The position numbers were made by a program, and so were the translations under genes. 61,232 bases of DNA from Octopus bimaculoides (taxonomy: Eukaryota). The stretch covers positions 101,601,190 through 101,662,421 of the forward strand of contig NC_068983.1 of NCBI RefSeq assembly GCF_001194135.2, read 5' to 3'. Below, piece after piece: positions 11,464-21,939 of the stretch. The notes beneath the pieces were generated by a model. That model saw only the letters and a list, made by a program, of their open reading frames with translations, did not search any database and had not been told where the DNA came from. Positions within the stretch are counted from its first letter, which is position 1, and the number at the start of each line of letters is the position of its first letter.

Positions 11464-12445
11464 ATATATATTTACACACACACAAAAAAAAACATACACC
11501 ACACACACAGAGATCAATATCTGTAAAAACTTACATCATAATATAATTCATTTAATTCAAGATATTGAGAGATTGGGATTGCTAAGGTGTGACTTTTATG
11601 CCAATCCTTCCACAAGTGACTAATCTTTTTCCTGTCTCGCTCACTTCTATATTTATAAGAGTTGTATTTCTTAGTATTTCAGGAAGAAGTCATTGTGTAC
11701 ACTGTGCTTGACCACTCCTTAGCACCTTTAATACCTTTGTCTGAATTTACCTATTAATAAACAACTGATAAGGAACAGTCATTGATTGATTCACTTTCTT
11801 TATTGGAGTGTAACTATTTGAATACTACATTGTTGACCTTGATTTCTCTTGACCTAACCCTTTCATGCAAAAAGAAAAAAAAAAGAAAGAAAAAGAAAAG
11901 TTAGGTGGGGAAGTACAAAGTGGGGGATATTTCTTAGTATTGGGGTAAATAATTAATTCTTTAATGTCACACTTTCCATTCCATTTAAGAAAAAGAAATA
12001 AAATCAATTGTTGTTTAGCCCAAAGTCAAGTTGTAGTCCAAGATACCTATGACTAGTTGTGACTATTCCTGTATTGTCTTTCAGTCACAGTCTAGTTGTA
12101 ATTGGATGATCAAATATGTACTTCCTTTTTGAAGACAATCAAGTGTAATTTTGAAGATGATTTGGTTACTATTTCTAGAGACTCTCACATAAAAGTGAGT
12201 GTCACCTATATCATTGAATGGACTACATATTGAAACTATAAAGTAATTCAAATACTTCAGTATCATTTTCTTGAAAAGAAAAGCCACAGGGAAATTATAT
12301 ACATATATTATATACATATATAAATAATTTCACACCAAGGTTGACTTTGCCTTCCATCCTTTCAGGGTCGAAAAAATAAGTATCAGTTGAGTAATGGGGT
12401 CAATCTAATTGGTTAGCCTCATCTCCTTAAATTTTAAACCTTATA

Positions 12446-13285
12446 TCAGGTCATCCCATAAGTTCTGTCCGATTTTACCTTTTTTTAAAATTGAATGAAA
12501 TTTAATAGTATTTTAGAATGTCTAATGGAATTAAAAGTCATTTTTATGCATTTGTGTACATTTAAACTAATCAAATATTATTTTACAGAATAATAGAATT
12601 AAAATTTCTTTGATTAAAACCCTTTCTAACATGGAAGTATCCAAAGAGCATTTGAGGCACATAATGCTTTATGAGTACAAAAAAAGGAAACTCTGCAGCC
12701 AAAGCGAATCGAAACATGCACTCAGTTTATGGGAAATAATGCTTGAATGAAAGAACTTACAGAAGATGGTTTNNNNNNNNNNNNNNNNNNNNNNNNNNNN
12801 NNNNNNNNNNNNNNNNNNNNNNNNNNNNNNNNNNNNNNNNNNNNNNNNNNNNNNNNNNNNNNNNNNNNNNNNNNNNNNNNNNNNNNNNNNNNNNNNNNNN
12901 NNNNNNNNNNNNNNNNNNNNNNNNNNNNNNNNNNNNNNNNNNNNNNNNNNNCTTAGTTCAAACCATATAACTGTTCATCGTCATCTTCAACAACTTGGAA
13001 AGGTTCCTAAACTTGGAAAATGGGTGCCTCATGAATTGTCCAAAAGCAACCTCAAATCTCAAGTTGGCATCTGCTCTTCTCTCCATTCATGTAAACTTAT
13101 TTTGAATAGACTTGTGACTGGTGACGAAAAATGGATCTTCTATTGAAATGTTAAATATTGTAAACAGTGGCTTGGTAAAAGGGAAAAAGCTCAACCACAA
13201 CCAAGAAGGGAACTTCATGGGAAAAAGGTTCTTCTCTCTATCTGGTGGGATTGCAAAGGAGTAATTTACTTTGAATTGTTACTGT
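12446..13285 (+). mobile_element. mariner transposon, left TIR plus 5' two-thirds of transposase, truncated
   Basis: TA|TCAGGTCATCCCATAAGTTCTGTCCG left end. Translation MEVSKEHLRHIMLYEY..NERTYRRWF, GKWVPHEL, RLVTGDEKWIFY, KKVLLSIWWDCKGVIYFELL. Confidence 0.93.
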
Positions 13286-13559
13286 GACCATTCTGGAGAG
13301 TCATTTTTCTCAGTTACAGTCAATATTTCAGCACCTGTATTGACTTGTAATTATTTTATCAACTCGGAAGGATGAAAGGATAAGTAGAACCTGGGTGATA
13401 TTTAAACTCAGAACATAGCATGCTGTGTGTACTCTTCAGTAGAGTCTGAAAGATTGCCTGATAGTACAAAGCATGTTATACAAGCACACCCAAATATAGT
13501 ACAATTGAAAGCATGAAATTTAAAGTAGTTCATTTCAAATCCTGTTTATATTAAATGAT

Positions 13560-14800
13560 GTGTGTGTGTGTGTACATATACAACTGTCTCACCTACCCAC
13601 TTTCCAACTGAAGACATCTCCAATACTTATCATCTCTCTAGCTATAGTATTCTGCTGCTGTAATTAAGTGTGAGCAGAACTGCATACTTCAGTTTTTCCC
13701 TGATACTACTTATCCTTCTTCCTATCAGGGAACATTTAACTTATCCCTCATTCAGTCTTCATACTGTCCTCTCCACCCACATCTTACATTGATTACTCTC
13801 AACCACACATCATCTCTCTCTCTCTCTCCCTCCCCCTCTCTTTCTAATGTCCTCTCTCATCCTTTCCTTATCTACTGAACTACTATTACTATTTTCTGTC
13901 CTTCACTCCCACTTTTTCTGCACTTCAGTTATTTCCTACTTTTCCTCACTTCCTCTCCAACTCATACATATCATTGTTCACCCCACCTCTTATCCATCAT
14001 TCATTACATCCATACCTCAGCCCTACCCAACAGTTGTCATCTGCTCTTTTTTATCTACCCTATTTATCATCCCCCAATCCTTCATCCTTCATTATTCTTC
14101 ATTATAGTCACCTCCTCACCTATTCTCCATCTCTCTCCCATGCACTCTTGAAATATCAAGCTAACCACACTTTCTGTTCTCCTGTCCTCACTCACTTCCT
14201 ATCTTGAAAGTCCAGACTAACACCTCTGTCATTGCTATTTTATCTCTTTCCAGTTCCATCCCTCTCACTCCCATCTTCCCTTCCCTAATGTGAATTGCCA
14301 TGTTGCTCCTCTACAGCAAGAAACCACTTCTGTTCTGGTCTCTTTTCTCATACTTTATCTCCATAGTCATTTGTTGTAAATAAAAAAATCCTTTTGTATT
14401 TTTATAATTAAATATTATTAGGAACTGTACAAAAAAATGTTAAAATTATTTTGTATATTGTAGAAATATAGCCAATTTATTGCATATGAAATTTAACAAC
14501 AAAATCTTGTATGGACCCCAAGGTCCATATGGACCCTGATTGAGAACATATTCTAGCATAAAGCCACCCTCCTCTCTAATGTAGCCTCATTCAGTCAAAC
14601 GGGATATTAATTCTGTCTGATGCTATGGAAAAGCACACATTACACCCTGGATAGTGGTTTGGCATTAGGAAGGACATCTAGCTGTAGAGATCCTGTCAAA
14701 GCAATCATTGGAGCATGTTGCTTCCTTGGACCTGTTAGATCTTGTCAAACCATTCAGTCTATGCTATCAGGGAATATGAACATTAAATAATGATGATTAT
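13560..14800 (+). mobile_element. Degraded CT-rich RTE-associated repeat with RTE-type tail (14620-14800), interrupted by a MITE remnant
   Basis: Pyrimidine-rich body like 7470-8310; tail GGCATTAGGAAGGACATCTAGCTGTAG..AAATAATGATGAT. Confidence 0.5.
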
Positions 14801-15039
14801 CAGTGTCATTATATATATAAAGCGAAACCGTCAATNNNNNNNNNNNNNNNNNNNNNNNNNNNNNNNNNNNNNNNNNNNNNNNNNNNNNNNNNNNNNNNNN
14901 NNNNNNNNNNNNNNNNNNNNNNNNNNNNNNNNNNNAAATATGGTGACTGCAGTCATATTTTTCTATACCTGCTAGTTCTGATGTGTAAGCAATATTATGT
15001 AACTATGCTGTTATCTAACACTCAGTTTAAAACCCAGTG

Positions 15040-16040
15040 CAAAACTGATTGGTAAAGTTGCCTGTAATGGATATATAATACTGCAAACTCTGATTAATAC
15101 CCACCCTTGTTTGTTATGCAAATGATACAAAAGTCTCTCACAGGATACAGAACTCTGGAGATGTGCACCTGCAACAGAATTTGGACGCAATATATTGGTG
15201 AGCTGAAGACAATAACAGGTAGTTTCATTCTGGAAAATCCCAAGCCCTGCACTACCAGTACATGAAGCTGAATGAAATGCAAACAGGATACACTGGCCCA
15301 GGAGGTACTGTGATCACTGAATCAAAATCTGTGCATGACCTGGGCACTGACATGAGTAATGATGCATCTTTAATAAAATGCAGGCAATTAGCCAAATGGA
15401 TCCTTAGAACTTTTAGAATGAAAGAACAGGAAACCATGATGGTCCTTTGCAGGAATTTGTTCTCAGCCATTTAGACTACTACTCCCAACTATGTTCACTA
15501 CACAGTGTAAAATTAACAGCGGAACTCAAAGCAATCCAGTGAAGCTACACAATGATCATCTCAATGTGATATGTCAGCTACTAGGAGAAGCTGATAAAGT
15601 TAAGTCTCTACTCCCTAAAATGAAGGAAGGAAAGATATGCAGTAATATACATTTGGAAAATCCAGGAAAGACTTGTACTAAACTTTTGCATTGAAAGTTA
15701 GACAAACTGCAAAATGAGGTGCCACTGCATAGTGCCAAAGATCCCAAAATTGCCATTTGGATACAAGACAAGATACTGTAACAGCTTGGGTTTCAAAGGC
15801 TCACAACTCTTCAGCATCCTCCAAAAGAGAGACCTACATGGAGTGCATGAAGGTATCTTCAAAACAACTGGATCTCCTCCTGTCAATATTTCCAAATGAA
15901 CCTACCTCACAGCAGGGAACACAGATGAGAGGCTGCAACATCAAACTCCCTCATTCACCTAAGAGAGGAAGTTTCAGGTAGTGAAAGTATAGCAAAGTTA
16001 ATGGCAATGCTCCCAGCATGGCTGCAGCCCCTGAGCTGAA
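15040..16040 (+). mobile_element. CR1-group LINE, RT C-terminus and 3' UTR
   Basis: YANDTKV (degenerate YADD), DLGTDMSNDA, WILRTFR, YCNSLGFKGSQLF; tail CCCAGCATGGCTGCAGCCCCTGAGCTGAAAC. Confidence 0.88.
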
Positions 16041-16084
16041 ACAGGTGAAAAAAAAATGAATAAATAACTGAAAGAAAATTTATG

Positions 16085-16148
16085 GCAAGTATCTTCTACT
16101 ACAGATCGACCAAAGCCTTGTGAGTAGATTTGGTTGACAGAAACTGTC

Positions 16149-16183
<35 letters not shown>

Positions 16184-16447
16184 TAATATTAGGGATAAAA
16201 ATCCAAATTTACAGGTAAAAACTCAATTAAATTCAATTTATCAAAAATTAAAATTAAATTAAGTTTCACAGTATAAAATATATAAATATATAAATTTAGA
16301 GAAATTATTATCATTATTTTATGATTTTTATTTTGTATTTTATTATACTTATTTATTGTGCATTTACTTATTAATTTTTTCTATATGTGACTGTGGATTT
16401 TCATGGATGAGTTCATGAACTTTGGTTCTTTTCTCTAAATTTATGTA

Positions 16448-16486
<39 letters not shown>

Positions 16487-16705
16487 GCATATGTTTATGT
16501 GTGTGTGTGTGTGTGTTTGTCCCCCCACCATCACTTGACAACGGAGGTTGGTGTGTTTATATCCCCGTAACTTAGCGGTTTGGCAAAGGGCCTGATAGAA
16601 TAAGTACTAGGCTTACAAAGAATAACTCCTGGTACTGATTTGTTCGACTAAAAGCAGTGCTTCAGCATGGCCGCAATCAAATAACTGAAACAAGTAAAAG
16701 AATAT
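16085..16705 (+). mobile_element. SINE family A split at its internal (TA)n by a ~290-bp AT-rich insertion
   Basis: SINE 5' part to ~16150 and 3' part from ~16490, with (TA)n on both sides of the insert. Confidence 0.85.
16180..16460. mobile_element. AT-rich non-autonomous element inserted in (TA)n
   Basis: Flanked by (TA)n; right part homologous to 10470-10595. Confidence 0.7.
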
Positions 16706-16884
16706 AGGCACAGGCATGACTGTGTGGTAGGAAGCTTGCTTCCCAACCAGATGATCCTGGGCAAATATCTTCTTCTATAGCCTCGGATCAATCAAAACCT
16801 TGAAAGTGGTTTTGGTAGATGGAAACTGAAAGAAGACCATCATCTCTATGTGTGTGTGCATGTGTGTATATATATATATATAAA

Positions 16885-17082
16885 ATACATAATGGGACAA
16901 GAACGCAAAACAGCCGGACAGTTAGGTGATACAAAAATGGGACAAAACATCCAGATAGACGATACAAAGAAAACAAGGACGAGTCATTCGAAGTTTTCTT
17001 TCCTTAGTCGAGTACCAGATTATCTTCGCAATTTCAGCTGATTATATTCGAGATTGCTCCAATCTGGCCAGCCCCAAGGAAA
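16885..17082. repeat. CpG-containing interspersed repeat adjoining (TA)n (family unassigned)
   Basis: Starts at a (TA)n run and ends at the Tc1 left end. Confidence 0.45.
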
Positions 17083-18343
17083 GCAGGAAGTAAATAGACA
17101 CCTTTAATTTTCAAAATTTTTGATCTAAGCATCTTAATAGGTTTTCAGCGGTGTAGAATTAAAAAAATGTAATTATTCTTTTTCATTCCAGGTGCCATTA
17201 TATTAAACATTTGCAAAGAGTAATCATGCCATGCACTAAAATTTCAGCAGAACTGTCAGATTTTCAAAGAGGCCGTATTGTTGGGCAATCTGAGGCTGGT
17301 GTGAGCCAGTGAAAAATTGCTGAAAATCTTCAAATTCCTCTTGTTACTCTTAATAGAATTAGAGTGCAATTCAAATGCCAAGGAAAAGAATCAATAGATT
17401 CTCGTCCCAGCCAACCTGAGCCCTCGGAAAGGAAGCATCACTGTTTAAAGAGAATTGTGGAAAACGAACCCCGTTCGAAGGCTTCTGACATTGCAAAACA
17501 GCTAGAAGTTAGTCCAAGAACGTATGTTACATGTCTGCATAAGCTTAGGTATTATGGACAAGCAGCTAAAAGGAAACCTCTCCTTCAACCAATTAATATC
17601 ATGAAAAGAAAGAAATGGGCTTAGGAGATGTCAGAAAAATCCAGTTCATTTTGGGATAGAGTGATTTTCTCAGATGAATCCAGATTTGCATTATTTTCAG
17701 ACAGTGGATATGTTTGGGTCTGGAGGCTTCCCAATCATGAATTTGATTTGAAACAACTCCAACCAACTGTGAAACATAGTGGTATCTCTGTAATGGTGTT
17801 GGGAGCTGTCACCAGCAACGGCCGTTCTGAGCTGATCGAATGTGTTGGAACCTTAAACTCTGAAAAATACATCAAAATACTTAAGCAAGGACTACTTCCG
17901 ATGTATTCACATGATAACATAACGAAAAATGAGTTTTTATTCATGGAAGATTGGGCTCTATGCCACACAGCAAAAAGAAATCAACAATGGCTGAGTGAAA
18001 ATGAGATCAAAAAGCTTCCTTGGCCAAGCCAATCTCCTGACATGAACCCAATTGAAAATCTTTGGAGCATACTGGATAGAGCTATCCGAAAAATTCAACA
18101 GAAACCTAAATTTAAAGATGAGTTGTTTCGATTGTTATGTGAAAAGTGGGCAGAAATTCCACAAGAGACAATCACAAAGCTCATCAGTTCAATGTGAAAA
18201 AGAGTTTCTGAATTAAAAACTGCAAAGGGAATGTCAACTAAATACTAAAGTATGTAGTCCTACCTATCGATTACATTTCAATTGTTTGCTTTGCGTATTG
18301 AATAAAAGATTTTGAAAATCAAAAGTGTCTATTTACTTCCTGC
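17083..18343 (+). mobile_element. Tc1-family (DD34E) transposon, full length; 340-codon transposase (17226-18248) with three in-frame stops
   Basis: TIR GCAGGAAGTAAATAGACAC.TT..ATTTTCAAAA at both ends. Motifs VIFSDESRF, FMEDWALCHT (degenerate QDNAPCH) and SPDMNPIENLW, all in one frame. Confidence 0.95.
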
Positions 18344-18404
18344 ATGTCTGTGTATGTATACACACACACGCATATATATATATATACATACATACATATG
18401 TATA

Positions 18405-19255
18405 TACATATGCTACATGGCAGTGAAACATGGGTGTGACAGCTGAGGACATGCATAGGCTTGAAAGAAATGAAGCCAGTATGCTTCACTGGATATGCAA
18501 TGTCAGTGTGCATGTTCAACAGAGTGTAAGCATCTTGAGAGAAAAGTTGGGCATAAGAGGCATCAGATGTAGTGTACAAGAGAGATGACTGCACTGGTAT
18601 GGTCATGTGATGTGTATGGATGAGGATAGCTGTGTAAAGAAGTGCCAATCTCTAACTGTGGAGAGAACATATGGTAGAGGTAGACCCAGGAAGATATGGG
18701 ACGAGGTAGTGAAGTATGATCTTCAAACTTTAGGCCTCACAGGGGCAAATGACTAGTGACTGACACCTTTGGTGATATGCTGTGCTTGAAAAGACCCATC
18801 AAACCAAGTGAAATCGTAGTCGTGGCTGATGCTTGTGTCACATAACTGGTACCTGTGCTGGTGGTATGTAAAAAGCACCTTTTGAGCACTGGGCCTTACA
18901 GAGGCAAAGTGACAGATGCCAGTGGCATGTGAAAAGCTCCTTTCGAGTGATGGGCCTCATGGAGGTAATGACCGAGACTTTTGGCATTATGTTGTGCTTG
19001 AAAAGAAGACCCATCAAGCCAAGTAAAATCGCAGTCATGGCAGATACTGGGATCACACAAATGGCACCCATGCCGGTGGCATATACAAGCACCCATTACA
19101 CTCTTGGAATGGTTGGCATTAGGAAGGGCATCCAGCCATAGAAACCATGTCAAATCAGACTGGAGTCTAGTGCAGCCTTCCAGCATCTTGCTAGTCCTGG
19201 TCAAACCATCCAACCCATGCCAGCATGGACAACGGATGTTAAATGATGATGATAA
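18405..19255 (+). mobile_element. RTE LINE 3' end (ORF2 C-terminus plus 3' UTR)
   Basis: TWAVTAEDMHRLERNEASML..LHWYGHVMCMDED..GRGRPRKIWDEVV, then the RTE tail ending ATGATGATGAT. Confidence 0.9.
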
Positions 19256-19279
19256 TATATATATATATATATATATATA

Positions 19280-19545
19280 TAACCGCAAGTGTGTGGCTTT
19301 GTTTCCATGTTTGTCCCTCGTCACTGCTTGACAATTTGTGTTGTGTTCACATTCCTGTAATCTAGTGGTTCAGCAAAAGGGGTTGACAGAATAAGTACCA
19401 GGCTTTAAAAAAACAAATAAATTTTTTTTTTTTTTTCAAAGCCTGGTACTTATTCTATCAACCCCTTTATAACTATAAATTCTTCTAGGCAGTGCTCCAG
19501 CATGGCCGCAGTGTCACAAGACTGAAACAAGTAAAAGATAAAAGA
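19280..19545 (+). mobile_element. SINE family A, 3' half
   Basis: GCTTGACAA..AATAAGTACCAGG..CAGCATGGCCGCAGTGTCACAAGACTGAAAC. Confidence 0.8.
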
Positions 19546-19630
19546 TATGTAAATATACTTTCATAGGCTAACTTGTTTCAAAACCCAAGATGCCATTGTT
19601 ATGTAAGACACATCAACATTGGCAGCTCAC

Positions 19631-19770
19631 CTCACTGAGGTGTCAAATGATGCCCATGAGGGCGCTTGGCTTTCCCAACGCTGTAGCCTCACCATTGCCC
19701 GTGGTAATGCTGTGAGCATGCTGGCTTGTTTCAGCAGGTTCTGGTAAATCTTGTAGTGTGTGACCAGTTG
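19631..19770 (-). CDS. Putative exon of an unidentified host gene
   Basis: Non-repetitive, ~50% GC island. Acceptor TTTTTTTTATCACAG| and donor GAG|GTGAGC (alternative TCA|GTGAG). Frame 1 is open throughout (QLVTHYKIYQNLLKQ..WASFDTSV); the phase-1 frame reads xTGHTLQDLPEP..GKPSALMGII* (stop 19645-19643). Product not recognised. Confidence 0.62.
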
Positions 19771-20849
19771 CTGTGATAAAAAAATTCCCCACAGATGGCT
19801 TCAATACAGTTTTAACAGAAAGATTTGGAAGAATTAGATGAAAGTTCTCTGGTAATTTTCTTTCATGTAAGTAAATATTTATGTTAATTTAAAAATTTGC
19901 CAGCAAAATCTTATAAAACGACAATGTTCTAAAAGATGTACATATTTATATGTTATATATGAAAATAAAAAAGTTTCCCTTAAAAAAAAATTGAAAGTCA
20001 TAAATATAAGTTTCAACACACACATAAGATCACTAGAGATTATACTGATCACCATGTAGTGCAAAGGGAAATACAAAAAAAAAAAAAATGAAATTAATTA
20101 GTCTGCCCAGCGTAATTGATTTGCTGATTACTCATCTCAGAAATATGGATTGCTAAATGAGTACAGCATGGGACAGCTGCAGCATCACAGCTTGTAAGTT
20201 CAAATGTATCAGTTATTTGTTTAGTTGTGTTTCACATAAGGGTTCTTAGTTCTATATTCATTCAGTTCCCTTAATAGTGAGAAATTAGCAAAAAAGCATT
20301 TTTGGGAAAGTTACCTACCTTTAATAGGCTAGCATCCAGTCCAGTGGAAGTTTATCTTTAATATGCTTTTAAAGTTATGGATATTGGAATTGAATTTTGG
20401 CCCTTAGAGATCTTTATGATTTAGAAAAAGATTTAACTTTAATTACTGATATGCTAACTAAATATCTAAATGTTTAATATGAGTTGTTGATGATGTTATA
20501 TATTTTTTTAGACTATTAACCTCCTCTTGAGAGATTATGTTTGAAAAAATATTCACTTCCCTGTTGTTTGACTCTTTGATCAGTTCATCATCAGATGTGG
20601 CATTCCTTAGTGTATAGATATTGCTATGATTTAAATGAGGAACCTTTATTTCTTAGATGCAATGTGCCTGTGGCCTAGTGGCCAAGATCCAGCTTAGTTT
20701 ACAAATAACGATTCCTAGTTAGAATCCAGTTTAGTACTATGTATACATGTATGAATGAGTCAGCTGGTTATGATAAGAGACCAATCTGATTGAAATTTCA
20801 TGCAAATGTAAATCTCTATAATTATTTATATGTATGTATATTAACACAG

Positions 20850-21055
20850 TGAGCTGGCAGAATTGTCATCATGCCAGGCAAAATGCTTAGTGGCCTTTCA
20901 ATTGTCTTTACGTTCTGCGCTCAAATTCCGCTGAGGTTGACTTTGCCTTTCATCTTTTTGGGGTCCATAAAATAAGTACCAGTTGAAGACTGGGGTCAAT
21001 GTAATCGACTTTTTCCTCCCCTGAAACTACTGGCCTTATGTCAAAATCTGAAATC
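20850..21055 (+). mobile_element. SINE family B
   Basis: GTGAGCTGGCAGAAT..CTCAAATTCCGCTGAGG..AATAAGTACCAG..CTGGGGTCAATGTAATCGACT. Confidence 0.88.
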
Positions 21056-21357
21056 TATATTTATATATATATTTACATTTAATATTTACATAATTATTAA
21101 AGAAATTATATCTCTAATGATTTAGTTAATAATTTGAAAAATTAGATTCTTACTGATATACTGCTTTTCTTTTTAGTTAGCAATTAAAAACTACTGATTT
21201 ATATTAGCAATGTTCTTGGAGAAAGAGCATATCATTCTTTAGTTAGTTCAACATCAAAATAATTTTACAAATTTACTGAAAATTTTTGTGAATATTGAAA
21301 ATTTGAAAGTATTTTTTTCTATCTATACCTTAAACATTTAAGATTACTGTCATTATA

Positions 21358-21740
21358 TAGGTGCAAGCGCGGCTGTGTGGTAAGAAGCTTGCTTCCCAAC
21401 CACATGCCTCCAGGTGCAGTCCTACTGCATGGCACCTTGGGCAAGTGAGGCCAACCAAAGCCTTGTGAGTGGGTTTGGTAGACGGAAACTGAATGAAGCC
21501 CGTCGTATAATATGTCTCTGTGTGTGAGTATATGTGTTTGTACCCCCACCACCGCTTGACAACCGGTGCTGGTGTGTTTATGTCACTGTAACTTAGCAGT
21601 TCGACAAAAAGATTGATAGAATAACTACCATGCTTTAAAAAAAGTACTGGAGTCGATTCATTCGACTAAAATGTCTTCAAGGCGGTGCCCCAGCATTGCC
21701 GCAGTCTAATGACTGAAACAAATGAAAGAAAAGATAAAAG
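21358..21740 (+). mobile_element. SINE family A, full length
   Basis: tRNA-like head and CR1-type tail GGCGGTGCCCCAGCATTGCCGCAGTCTAATGACTGAAAC. Confidence 0.9.
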
Positions 21741-21758
21741 ATATATATATATTTCTCC

Positions 21759-21795
<37 letters not shown>

Positions 21796-21939
21796 NNNNN
21801 NNNNNNNNNNNNNNNNNNNNNNNNNNNNNNNNNNNNNNNNNNNNNNNNNNNNNNNNNNNNNNNNACAAAAATAACAACAACCAAGAGAGAGAAACATTTC
21901 TGCTAACTACTTTGATAAGAGACTAGTAAAGAATAAGCT

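Noticed and set aside
10710-11546. Long X-filled ORFs (also at 12.7, 14.8, 21.7, 25.6, 57.7 and 58.6 kb)
   Set aside because: They are artefacts of N gaps.
16990-17080. GGCTG..CAGCT-GAAA stem on the minus strand resembling the 47-kb hammerhead
   Set aside because: There is no CTGANGA box upstream.
20141-20193. Plus-strand exon candidate (KYGLLNEYSMGQLQHHS) with a GTAAGT donor
   Set aside because: It is short, has a weak exon-side donor context, lies opposite the better minus-strand exon and has no supporting neighbours.
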